Assembly: GCA_029865125.1 (NCBI GenBank)
Contig: JAOUHN010000003.1
Location: 1 to 56,278 of the forward strand
Source of the DNA: Candidatus Moraniibacteriota bacterium
GTDB lineage: Bacteria; Patescibacteriota; Minisyncoccia; Moranbacterales; UBA9337
Length of the DNA: 56,278 bases
Direction of reading: 5' to 3'
The translations under genes were made by a program, and so were the position numbers. Below, piece by piece: positions 34,370-42,535 of the stretch. Each line of letters begins with the position of its first letter. Position 1 is the stretch's first letter. Below the pieces are notes generated by a model. The model saw nothing but the letters and a program-made list of their open reading frames with translations, was not told where the DNA came from and made no database searches.

Positions 34370-35530
34370 ATGGATATGAAAATAGGAATTGATATTCGAT
34401 GTTTGACCGAGGGACGAAGAACAGGGGTTGAAGAATACGCAATCAATCTTTTGGATAACTTGTTTCAAAAGGATAAAAATAATGAATATATTTTGTTTTT
34501 TAACTCGTTTAGAAATAATAGAGTTGATTTGTCATGGACACGAAAATATTCAAACGTGAAAGTGAAGATTTTTTTCTTTCCAAACAAGATTTTGAATTTC
34601 ATGTTTTGGTATCTCGGATGGCCACACATCGACAAAATGATTGGTGGGGTGGATGTGTTTTTTTCTCCCAACATTAATTTTGTTTCAGTTTCAAAAAAGA
34701 CTAAATTATTAGTCACTTTTCACGATCTCTCATTTGAGATTTTTCCAGAAACTTTTTCTCTCAAAAGAAGAATGTGGCACATGTTTGTGAACCCAAAAAA
34801 GCTTGCAAAAAAAGCGCACAAAATTGTTGCAGTTTCGTCTTCAACAAGGGATGATCTTGTGAATTATTATGGAATAGAGGATGAGAAAATAAATGTCATT
34901 CACAACGGGATTTCAAATGATTTTGGATTCATCAACAGAAACGATCCAAAACTTCTTGCCGTCAAAGAGAAATATGATCTTCCTTTCAATTTTATTTTAT
35001 ACTTCGGAACAATTGAGCCAAGAAAAAATATCGTGGGCATCGTGAGATCATTCAATTACTTGAGGGGACTTGGAAACAAAAAAGTAAATCGTTTCAAATT
35101 GGTTATTGCTGGTGAGAGTGGATGGAAAGCAAGAGAGATTTACGACGAGATTCGGAAATCGAAATATAGAGAAGACATTATCGTGATTAACTCTGTTCAA
35201 AATGAAGACAAGCCTTTTTTGTATAGCCTTGCTTCAGTTTTTGTGTACCCATCCTTTTTTGAGGGATTTGGGTTTCCTCCCTTGGAAGCCATGAGTTCAG
35301 GAATTCCAGTGATTGTTTCAAACAATTCTTCCATGCCTGAAACAGTGGGGGCAAGCGCAATCATGGTGGACTCAGACAGGCTTGATGAAATCGCACTCGC
35401 CATCAAAGAGCTCATCATCAATGGAAATCTCAGAAGAAAAATGCAAGACCGGGGTGCAATTCAAGTGAGAAATTTCAACTGGAAAAAAACCGCCCAAGAG
35501 TTTTTCAGGGTTTTGAAGGAGATGGAATAA
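34370..35530 (+). CDS. glycosyltransferase family 4/1 (GT-B fold)
   Basis: MKIGIDIR ... GTIEPRKN ... PSFFEGFGFPPLEAMSSGIPVI. Confidence 0.85.
   Translation: MDMKIGIDIRCLTEGRRTGVEEYAINLLDNLFQKDKNNEYILFFNSFRNNRVDLSWTRKYSNVKVKIFFFPNKILNFMFWYLGWPHIDKMIGGVDVFFSPNINFVSVSKKTKLLVTFHDLSFEIFPETFSLKRRMWHMFVNPKKLAKKAHKIVAVSSSTRDDLVNYYGIEDEKINVIHNGISNDFGFINRNDPKLLAVKEKYDLPFNFILYFGTIEPRKNIVGIVRSFNYLRGLGNKKVNRFKLVIAGESGWKAREIYDEIRKSKYREDIIVINSVQNEDKPFLYSLASVFVYPSFFEGFGFPPLEAMSSGIPVIVSNNSSMPETVGASAIMVDSDRLDEIALAIKELIINGNLRRKMQDRGAIQVRNFNWKKTAQEFFRVLKEME
35476..35529 (+). repeat. 54-bp direct repeat, copy 1 (3' end of the GT gene)
   Basis: caactggaaaaaaaccgcccaagagtttttcagggttttgaaggagatggaata recurs at 37399..37453 with one extra A. 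Confidence 0.9.
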
Positions 35531-35531
35531 T

Positions 35532-36665
35532 TTAGAAGTTAACAATAAATCTCTCGAATATATTAGCAGTGTCTTCTATGGATTGAACGGAAACATACTC
35601 ATTCAGACTGTGATTGTTTTCTCCATATGGGCCAAATCCAATCAGTGGAATTCCTGTTTGAGCACTTAACATTAGAACATCATTATATCCAGCAAGAGCT
35701 GGGTCTGCGAGATCGATGGAATACCCAGCTTCTTTTGCAGAACGTGTAAACTTATTTAAAAGTTTCTGACTTGCAATTAGTCCAGGTGATTGAAATTCCT
35801 TTATTTTTAGTAAATAGCCGGGTACGTTAAGATTTTTTATGGTTTTTTCAATTTTATTTTTCAAAAGCTCTTCAGTGAGTTTTGTGTCAGATATTCTCAA
35901 AGAAAAAATACCCTTTGCATAATCAGGCACGCTGTTAAATTGTGAAACGATGCCTTTGCTTTCATCTAATGATCCAATTGTTGCGCCAACAAGAGTGATG
36001 GTTGTTTCTCCTAAATTATTTTTCTTTTCGATTGATTTTGATAATTTTTCATATAACTCATACATTTTTTCTCCAGCATTTGTGCCTTGAAATGGGCGAG
36101 CGGTGTGTGCTTTTTTTCCTGTTATTTCAATTTCAATTAATGCATAGCCCCTGGAGCCGTAAGCTAAGTTAAATCTTGATTCTGGTGAAACCAAACACTC
36201 AACACTCGCAGGAATTTGCTTGTGATTTTTTGCCATCACCTTCATTCCTTTTTGCTCGTATTCTTCATCACAATAGAAAAGAAATCCTACTTTCTCTCTA
36301 TCTTTTTGAGTTAGTTTTTTTGTGGCAAGCAAGGAAGATACCCATCCTCCTTTCATATCCTTTGTTCCTAGTCCATAGGCTTTGTCATTTTCAAACTTGA
36401 CTTCTAGTTGATTCTTTTGACTTGGTTGCACGGTGTCCAGATGGCAACAAAAAATAATTTTTGGTGATTTGGGTATAAATAGTAAATTGTGGCGATTTGC
36501 TTCAACTTGGATTGAAATTTTTTTATATTCAGAAAAATTAACTTTGAAAAATTTTGCTATCTCCAGAGTTATCTTTTCTTCGTTATTATTGCTATCAACA
36601 AAACTGGGTATCGAAACAAATTTTGTCAGTAGTTTTTTAATTTTTTCTGTGTTGTTCATAATCAT
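35532..36665 (-). CDS. M20/M25/M40 family metallopeptidase (ArgE/DapE-like)
   Basis: CCHLDTV, DMKGG and YCDEE motifs. 377 aa. Confidence 0.8.
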   Translation of the reverse strand: MIMNNTEKIKKLLTKFVSIPSFVDSNNNEEKITLEIAKFFKVNFSEYKKISIQVEANRHNLLFIPKSPKIIFCCHLDTVQPSQKNQLEVKFENDKAYGLGTKDMKGGWVSSLLATKKLTQKDREKVGFLFYCDEEYEQKGMKVMAKNHKQIPASVECLVSPESRFNLAYGSRGYALIEIEITGKKAHTARPFQGTNAGEKMYELYEKLSKSIEKKNNLGETTITLVGATIGSLDESKGIVSQFNSVPDYAKGIFSLRISDTKLTEELLKNKIEKTIKNLNVPGYLLKIKEFQSPGLIASQKLLNKFTRSAKEAGYSIDLADPALAGYNDVLMLSAQTGIPLIGFGPYGENNHSLNEYVSVQSIEDTANIFERFIVNF

Positions 36666-36804
36666 TGCTGGCTGTTGGAAGAAAAAGAACCTTCGGGTTT
36701 CTTTTTTTAGTTAATTTGACAATCTGTTTGTCTAACTCTGTTGTTTCGATTGGTTTTCCGAATCCTCCAATTTCTCCTCCACCAATAGCTACTATTTTTT
36801 TCAT
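36637..36804 (-). pseudogene. 55-codon N-terminal remnant of a peptidase E / S51 (type 1 glutamine-amidotransferase-like) gene
   Basis: My own minus-strand translation gives MKKIVAIGGGEIGGFGKPIETTELDKQIVKLTKKRNPKVLFLPTASNDYEQHRKN*. The KVLFLPTAS motif is typical of S51. The ORF stops early and overlaps the M20 start in another frame. Confidence 0.55.
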
Positions 36805-36870
36805 ATGTTATGATTTTATGGTATAGGTAAAACATAACATAGATTGAGCTTTTTTCAAGATAATTATCAT

Positions 36871-37374
36871 ATGAAAGATAAAAAAATTATTGAAGGTGAG
36901 TGGAGTGAGAACATTTCATGGGAGTTTTATTTGAGTGCTAGTTTGCCACCATGTGAATTGTGCACAGCAGTGTTTTGCGTGGGAGTGTATCAGAATCAAA
37001 TAATGTTAACCAAGACGAAACGAGGATGGGAGTTGCCAGGAGGACACATTGAGTCGGGTGAGACAATTGAGCAGGCCATGAAAAGAGAATGTAAGGAAGA
37101 AGGGGGAATGGAAATTGAAAAATTCAAATTATTTGGATATAGAAAGATAATTGCAAAATGCCCTATTGAAATAAGGGACAAAAAAGAATGTTATCCTTTT
37201 CCTGTGAGCTACATGCCTTATTATATTGGCACTACGAATATTTCTCCTGAAAAATTTACTGGTCAAGAAGTGATAGATAATCAGTTATTTTCCCTAGATG
37301 AATTGGATCATTTGAGAACAACTCAGTTGACGGTCATTAGAGCAGGGTTTGAGGAATTGCAATGCTTGGAATGA
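36871..37374 (+). CDS. NUDIX hydrolase
   Basis: Nudix box GGHIESGETIEQAMKRECKEEGG. The ORF track starts at TTG 36844 and the ATG is at 36871. Confidence 0.8.
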   Translation: MKDKKIIEGEWSENISWEFYLSASLPPCELCTAVFCVGVYQNQIMLTKTKRGWELPGGHIESGETIEQAMKRECKEEGGMEIEKFKLFGYRKIIAKCPIEIRDKKECYPFPVSYMPYYIGTTNISPEKFTGQEVIDNQLFSLDELDHLRTTQLTVIRAGFEELQCLE

Positions 37375-37453
37375 CAGAAAGATGAGAAGACCGAGGTGCA
37401 ACTGGAAAAAAAACCGCCCAAGAGTTTTTCAGGGTTTTGAAGGAGATGGAATA
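37375..37453 (+). pseudogene. degenerate duplicate of the 3' end of the GT gene 34370..35530 (includes direct-repeat copy 2 at 37399..37453)
   Basis: cagaaagatgagaagaccgaggtgca + caactgg...gatggaata parallels cagaagaaaaatgcaagaccggggtgca ... caactgg...gatggaata, with a 21-bp deletion. Confidence 0.75.
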
Positions 37454-37478
37454 GGATGCTTTTTGAATATAAACACAC

Positions 37479-37516
37479 ATTTCAACGGCTCATGCTATCG
37501 TGTGAGCCGTTGAAAT
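37479..37516. other. 14-bp perfect hairpin without a U-tract
   Basis: atttcaacggctca tgctatcgtg tgagccgttgaaat. Confidence 0.5.
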
Positions 37517-37789
37517 TAGGGAAAAACTAGCATTTTGTCCAGAAATGCTTTACAATGTAGGCATGAACTTTCTTGGCTTGTTTGAGGGTATTCGGGGCAG
37601 TTTGAAAAGTATAATTTCGAATTTTGTTCACAAATCCTTTACAAGATTAAAAAAGTATGCTATAAATATAAGTCACATATTTGTGGCGAATTCTTTGAAA
37701 AATAGCCACAAGGAAGGTTCCTTCGTGGTTTATATTCGTGTGAAAATTAAAATTCACATTAAAATCAAAGCCCATTGAGGAGGGTAAAA

Positions 37790-38461
37790 ATGAATAAGAA
37801 AGCACGAGTTTTTCAAATGTGCTGCTTTCACATTTTTCTTCCTATCCTCAAGTTGTATGGCTTTGAGGTTAAAGGTTTGGAAAAGTTGAAAGAAGTGAAT
37901 GGTGCCGTGATTTTTGCGGCAAATCATGTTAATCCGTTGGATGGAATAATAACGGCTGTTGCAATTGCCATGCACAATGCCGGAAAGTTTTTGCCGGTTC
38001 GTTATTTGGCTTTTGCGAAGTATTTTTCCTGGATTCATTTCCAGTGGCCGTTTATCTTTCCAGTTTCTCTTTTTGTGGCAGCGTGGATCCAGATCAGCAA
38101 TTGCATTCCGGTAAAATCGCGTAGCAAAAAAGAGCGCCAAAAAATGTCATTGAAAGATGTTCTTTCGGAGGGCATTTTGGCACTCGAAAATGGAGAAAGA
38201 TTATTCATTTTTCCGGAAGGTGCGATGAATAGAACTGATGAAATGTTATTGCCCGGCAAAAGAGGTGTTGCATGTCTTCATAAGGAGACTGGGGCGCCGA
38301 TCGTTCCGATGGCAATTCATTATTGTTCAAGAAAAATAACTGTGAGCTTTGGCGAGCCGATTTGCGATCTTAATAATCCTTCCAGGTGTGACTTGGATAC
38401 AGGGACAAAAAAGGTCATGAAGCGGATTGAAAAGCTACTAGTTGAAATCAATGGAGGATAA
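37790..38461 (+). CDS. plsC: 1-acyl-sn-glycerol-3-phosphate acyltransferase family (PlsC/LPLAT)
   Basis: HX4D motif (ANHVNPLDG) and FPEG motif (IFPEGAMNR). GAGGAGGG lies 5 nt upstream of ATG 37790. The ORF track starts at TTG 37775. Confidence 0.8.
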   Translation: MNKKARVFQMCCFHIFLPILKLYGFEVKGLEKLKEVNGAVIFAANHVNPLDGIITAVAIAMHNAGKFLPVRYLAFAKYFSWIHFQWPFIFPVSLFVAAWIQISNCIPVKSRSKKERQKMSLKDVLSEGILALENGERLFIFPEGAMNRTDEMLLPGKRGVACLHKETGAPIVPMAIHYCSRKITVSFGEPICDLNNPSRCDLDTGTKKVMKRIEKLLVEINGG

Positions 38462-38466
38462 TAGCC

Positions 38467-39684
38467 ATGAAACGTATCATGGATTTCGCTATGAAGCTTG
38501 TCTTCATGGTGGCCTCTGATTTGTACAGAGGCTTGGTTGGAATCAAAAAGTTGATTGAAGGGGATTTCTCTCTGGACATTGCTTACATAACTAACTTCCA
38601 GAATGACGTTGAGCGGGGTTTTCTTGGGATAACATCATTATTTTGGAGAAAGCCTTTTGCATATGCTCTTCGACTTCATCTTGATGGATTCAAAGGTCGC
38701 TTTGTGGGGATCAATGCGATTTCCAAAGAGCTTATGTCTCCAAAAAATAGAGATGATGTTACTGCGATGCGTGCATATGAGGAAAAGAAAACACGCATCA
38801 AAGGATACATTTTACTCGCTATTAAAGATGTCATTCGGCGTGGGGCGAAAGTGGTGCTTTTCGGAGCTTCCACTAAGCGGCTTTTCTCAGAAGAGGAGAT
38901 TGTTAGTCTCAAAAAACATTATCCTCAAGTCATTTTCACTATCGGTGACAACGGAACAGCCATTGAATTGTGGCGTGATGTTGCCGAAGTGATCAAGAGA
39001 AAAGGGATTTCGCCTACTAACAGAGTGATGATCATTGGACCCAATGGGTTTTTAGGTTCTGTTGTGAGATGTGCTCTTAAAAAGGCGGGATTTGATAATC
39101 TCATTTTTGTGTCTCAAAAGGAGGAAAAACCTTTTGATGGCATCAATGATGTGAAGCTTGTGGTGGCTTGTAACCATCATGAGAGTGTCCGTCTGACCGC
39201 GGGGATACTTAAAGACATTACTCATCCTGATGGAATCTGCGTGGTTGATGTATGTCGGCCAAGCAACTTCTCTAGACGAGAGTATAGAACTGCTGTCAAA
39301 ATGGGATTAGTTGTTGAGAGGCAGGATGCAGGAAATACCTTCAACACTAATTTGAAATATGATGTTGCGTCTATTTCAAACATCGCGTTGAATCAACTGA
39401 CGTTGTCTCCCCAGCGACTTTTTGGGTGTTTTTCTGAGGCAACAGCTATTGCAGCTGTTTTCAGGGATAATCCAGAAATTCTTAGATCTCGTAATTTCAT
39501 GTCTGTCAACACTGAGGCGATTCGCCTTGTTGAGCAGGCATTTCGAGAAATGGGATTTCATCCTTCTCCGGAGGTAAACTTTGGGAAAGTGATGAAGGAG
39601 GGAGAAAGGAAAGTGAAAACCGAATGGTCTGGAGGGTCTTCGCTCAATTCAGACCTCTCAGCATACGAGTTCGAAGGAGCTTGA
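38467..39684 (+). CDS. NAD(P)-binding oxidoreductase resembling long-chain acyl-ACP reductase (AAR / COG5322-like), putative
   Basis: Collinear matches, recalled from cyanobacterial AAR: FTIGDNGTA (FTTGNTHTA), VMIIGPNGFLGSVV (VAVVGATGDIGSAV), LFGCFSEA (MFACFAEA, with the Cys conserved), EAIRLVEQAFREMGFHP (EKMEAIGEASVRHGFQP). Confidence 0.5.
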   Translation: MKRIMDFAMKLVFMVASDLYRGLVGIKKLIEGDFSLDIAYITNFQNDVERGFLGITSLFWRKPFAYALRLHLDGFKGRFVGINAISKELMSPKNRDDVTAMRAYEEKKTRIKGYILLAIKDVIRRGAKVVLFGASTKRLFSEEEIVSLKKHYPQVIFTIGDNGTAIELWRDVAEVIKRKGISPTNRVMIIGPNGFLGSVVRCALKKAGFDNLIFVSQKEEKPFDGINDVKLVVACNHHESVRLTAGILKDITHPDGICVVDVCRPSNFSRREYRTAVKMGLVVERQDAGNTFNTNLKYDVASISNIALNQLTLSPQRLFGCFSEATAIAAVFRDNPEILRSRNFMSVNTEAIRLVEQAFREMGFHPSPEVNFGKVMKEGERKVKTEWSGGSSLNSDLSAYEFEGA

Positions 39685-39700
39685 TTGTGTTGGGAGAGAT

Positions 39701-39745
39701 AGGCTGCCTGATCCACTATTGTGGAGAAGGCAGCTTTTTATTTTC
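39701..39745 (+). terminator. intrinsic terminator
   Basis: aggctgcc ... ggcagctt stem, then tttattttc. Confidence 0.55.
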
Positions 39746-39809
39746 TCTAAAAACTATTTTTATGGTATATTTGATATGTATTTTATAAATATGTTTATGA
39801 CTTTTTGTT

Positions 39810-41441
39810 ATGAATTTTTATTCCTGGAGCATAACACAAGTAATTCCTCTGATCAGTGCCATTTTTGTTTTTTGGTTGGGTTTTTTTGTTTTAAGCAAGA
39901 ACTGGAGATCTGAATTGAGCATTACTTTTTCATTGTTCACCTTGGCTGTTACTGGGTGGCTTTTTTGTACGTTCATGTTGTTGATTAGCACAAGCAATCC
40001 GCAGGCCGTTTTCTGGGAAAAATTTATCTATACCTTTGTAATCCTTATTCCGGCAGTGCTGTATCATTTTTCTGTTGTTTTTGTTGAAAAAAAGAAAAAA
40101 AGTTTGATTGTTTTGACATATATTACGTTTATTCTCATTTTACTTATTAACGTTTTTACGAATTATTTTACAGAAGGAATTTTTCATTATAGATGGGGAA
40201 TTCATTCAGAGGCTAGGCTGTTTCATCATATTTTCTTATTTTTATTTTTCATTTATTCTTTTGAGGTTTATAGGCTGTTTATTGTTTTTTATCGAAAATC
40301 AAAGGGATTCAAAAAACAACAAGCAAAGCTTATTTTTTTTGGACTTTTAAATTTTGGAACAATAGGTTTCACGGGATTTCTTCCAGCGTATGGAATTAGT
40401 GTCATTCCAATTGCATATGTCTCAGGAATCCTATTTGCCATTATTGCTGGCTATGCCATTACTAGGTATAGATTTTTAGACGTGAGAGTTTTTGCTGCAC
40501 AATTTTTGATAGTTGTGTTGAACATTGTTGCTTTTAGTTATATCTTTGTATCGAAAAGTGTTGAGGAATATGTTGTTAAATTTATATTCTTTATCGGTAT
40601 TTTGATTACAAGTTATTTGCTGAAGAGGAGTTTTGAAAAAGAATTGAAACAGAGACAAGAGCTGGAGGTTTTGGCGAAAGAGTTGAAGAGAGCAAATGCG
40701 AGACTGAAGAAGTTGGATGAAGCGAAAACGGAGTTTCTTTCAATTGCTTCTCATCAGCTCCGAACTCCACTCACTGCAATCAAAGGTTACTTGTCTTTGA
40801 TTGACGAGGGGTTGTATGGAAAAGTGAACAAGGACGTTGAAGAAGTTTTGGGAAAAATTCACATTTCCAACGAGAGACTCATTGGTTTGGTGGAAGATCT
40901 TTTGAATATTTCCAGAATTGAAGCTGGAAGAATGCAATATAGCATGAAAGAGGTTCAGATTTGCGATGAAATTATGAAAGACTTGAGGGCTAGTTTTGAG
41001 CTTCGAGCAGAGGATAAAGGTTTAAAGCTGATTTTCAATAAGCCAAAAATTCCTGTTCCAAAAGTCATGATGGACAAAAACAAAATTAGGGAAGTTATTT
41101 CGAATATTATTGACAACGCAATCAAATACACAGAAAAAGGCCATGTTGAGGTGAAGGTGAGAAAGACTGATGGAAACATTCGAGTTACGGTTACGGACAC
41201 TGGAATTGGAATCCCAAAGAGCGAGATCCCATATCTTTTCAAAAAGTTTTCTCGCGGAAAAGACACAAAGAGGTTGAATGCAGATGGAACAGGATTGGGA
41301 ATCTATTTGGCCAAAAAAATCATCAAGGATCATAATGGAAAAATCTACATTGAATCAAAAGGAAAAGGAAAGGGTTCAACTTTTGTCATTGAGCTTCCAA
41401 TTGTGAATGGCGAGATTGAAAAGGCTGATAGCGAAGAATAA
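39810..41441 (+). CDS. sensor histidine kinase with an N-terminal multi-TM (7TM-type) sensor region
   Basis: About seven hydrophobic helices, a coiled coil, a HisKA box (FLSIASHQLRTPLTAIKGY) and HATPase_c (DNAIKYT ... DTGIGI ... GTGLGIYL). Confidence 0.88.
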   Translation: MNFYSWSITQVIPLISAIFVFWLGFFVLSKNWRSELSITFSLFTLAVTGWLFCTFMLLISTSNPQAVFWEKFIYTFVILIPAVLYHFSVVFVEKKKKSLIVLTYITFILILLINVFTNYFTEGIFHYRWGIHSEARLFHHIFLFLFFIYSFEVYRLFIVFYRKSKGFKKQQAKLIFFGLLNFGTIGFTGFLPAYGISVIPIAYVSGILFAIIAGYAITRYRFLDVRVFAAQFLIVVLNIVAFSYIFVSKSVEEYVVKFIFFIGILITSYLLKRSFEKELKQRQELEVLAKELKRANARLKKLDEAKTEFLSIASHQLRTPLTAIKGYLSLIDEGLYGKVNKDVEEVLGKIHISNERLIGLVEDLLNISRIEAGRMQYSMKEVQICDEIMKDLRASFELRAEDKGLKLIFNKPKIPVPKVMMDKNKIREVISNIIDNAIKYTEKGHVEVKVRKTDGNIRVTVTDTGIGIPKSEIPYLFKKFSRGKDTKRLNADGTGLGIYLAKKIIKDHNGKIYIESKGKGKGSTFVIELPIVNGEIEKADSEE

Positions 41442-41447
41442 TTTTCA

Positions 41448-41475
41448 TTGACATATTGGAAATAGAAGGTATATT
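41448..41475 (+). promoter_or_regulatory. promoter (TTGACA-16-TATATT) for the 45-aa ORF
   Basis: Hexamers at 41448-41453 and 41470-41475. Confidence 0.45.
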
Positions 41476-41546
41476 CAAACAAAGGCGATGACATTTTTGA
41501 TGTTATATTTTTTCTTTAATCCATTCTCAAAGGGGGTGAGAAAATT

Positions 41547-41684
41547 ATGAAAGAATGGACGCTAGCTATTTTGTCGGGTGCGCCGGTTATTTTGGTTGCG
41601 GTTGTATGGGTTACAGTATCCAATTTGCTTGATATAAGGAGAAACAGAAAACATCGCAAAAGTCGACTGGAGAAATGGGCATGA
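41547..41684 (+). CDS. 45-aa single-TM peptide with a basic tail
   Basis: My own translation gives MKEWTLAILSGAPVILVAVVWVTVSNLLDIRRNRKHRKSRLEKWA*. GGGGGTGA lies 8 nt upstream. It has its own promoter and terminator. It is not in the ORF track because it is shorter than 60 aa. Confidence 0.55.
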   Translation: MKEWTLAILSGAPVILVAVVWVTVSNLLDIRRNRKHRKSRLEKWA

Positions 41685-41711
41685 GCGTAGATGGGGTGAT
41701 GAGAAGAACAA

Positions 41712-41756
41712 AGCTTCGTCGCAATCAAATGGATTCGACGAAGCTCAATTTTTTTG
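41712..41756 (+). terminator. intrinsic terminator
   Basis: agcttcgtcg ... cgacgaagct, then caattttttt. Confidence 0.8.
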
Positions 41757-41794
41757 TGAGAATGTGATACAATGAAAAAGCGTAGTATTATTTA

Positions 41795-41841
41795 ACTTAG
41801 TGCCAATTATTTGGGGATCCTGAACTAAATTCAGGATGACA
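41795..41841 (+). repeat. family A partial element (centre plus right arm only)
   Basis: aacttagtgccaattatttggggatcctgaactaaattcaggatgaca; compare the centre and right arm of 24721..24803. Confidence 0.7.
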
Positions 41842-41860
41842 TTTATTGGGGTTTGTTGAC

Positions 41861-42406
41861 ATGAAAATTGAGAAAACAAAAATTGATGGACTTTTGATCA
41901 TCACTCCAGAGGTGTTTGGAGATGATCGAGGTTTTTTTGTTGAGACGTTCAACAAGAAGAGATATGAGGAGGCAGGAATCGTGGACCAGTTTGTTCAGGA
42001 CAATCTTTCTGGGTCTCAAAAAGGAGTTCTTCGCGGACTTCATTTTCAAAGAGAGCCTTTTGCTCAAGGAAAGTTGATCCAAGTTGTTCGAGGACGTGTT
42101 TTGGACGTGGCAGTGGACATCCGGAAAGATTCGGAAACTTTTGGGCAGCATGTCAGCGTGGAACTTTCAGGTGAAAACAAAAAACAATTCTGGATTCCAG
42201 CTGGGTTTGCGCACGGATTTGTGGCACTTGAAGATGACACAATTTTTTCATATAAATGCACGAATGCATACAACCCAGAATCAGAAGGCTCAATCCTGTG
42301 GAATGATGAAAAATTGGGAATTGATTGGAAATTGGAAGAAAATGGGATTGATGCGCCAATTGTTTCAGAGAAAGACCAGAAAGCTATGAGATTAGAGGAG
42401 ATTTAA
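41861..42406 (+). CDS. rfbC: dTDP-4-dehydrorhamnose 3,5-epimerase
   Basis: DDRGFFVETF ... GVLRGLHFQ ... KLIQVVRGRVLDVAVDIR ... GFAHGF. Confidence 0.92.
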   Translation: MKIEKTKIDGLLIITPEVFGDDRGFFVETFNKKRYEEAGIVDQFVQDNLSGSQKGVLRGLHFQREPFAQGKLIQVVRGRVLDVAVDIRKDSETFGQHVSVELSGENKKQFWIPAGFAHGFVALEDDTIFSYKCTNAYNPESEGSILWNDEKLGIDWKLEENGIDAPIVSEKDQKAMRLEEI

Positions 42407-42419
42407 TGTAATTATTTTT

Positions 42420-42503
42420 GTCATCCTGAACTTGTTTCAGGATCCCTAAAATGCTAGCGTGTGCTGAATTTGCTTGGGATACTGAAACAAGTTCAGTATG
42501 ACA
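42420..42503 (+). repeat. family A element (variant arms, C:G on the left and A:T on the right)
   Basis: gtcatcctgaacttgtttcaggatccc ... gggatactgaaacaagttcagtatgaca. Confidence 0.85.
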
Positions 42504-42535
42504 CGTATCATAATATTTAAAATGAGAAATAAAAT

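Noticed and set aside
37596-37620. gaaaagtataatttc resembles the family B left module (ggaaagtataatttc) and could be a relic copy.
   Set aside because: Only about 15 nt match, with no termini or CCGG cores, so this is too short to call.
37545-37778. 77-aa + strand ORF in the 415-bp gap before plsC.
   Set aside because: It has no ribosome-binding site or recognisable fold and crosses several local hairpins. It is left unannotated, though I cannot fully exclude it.
39719-39913. 64-aa ORF upstream of and overlapping the histidine kinase start.
   Set aside because: It overlaps the terminator and the kinase N-terminal TM region in another frame, with no start signals.
41516-41728. 70-aa minus-strand ORF in the ORF track.
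   Set aside because: It has no SD or promoter. The opposite strand has a complete promoter-SD-ORF-terminator unit (41547-41684).
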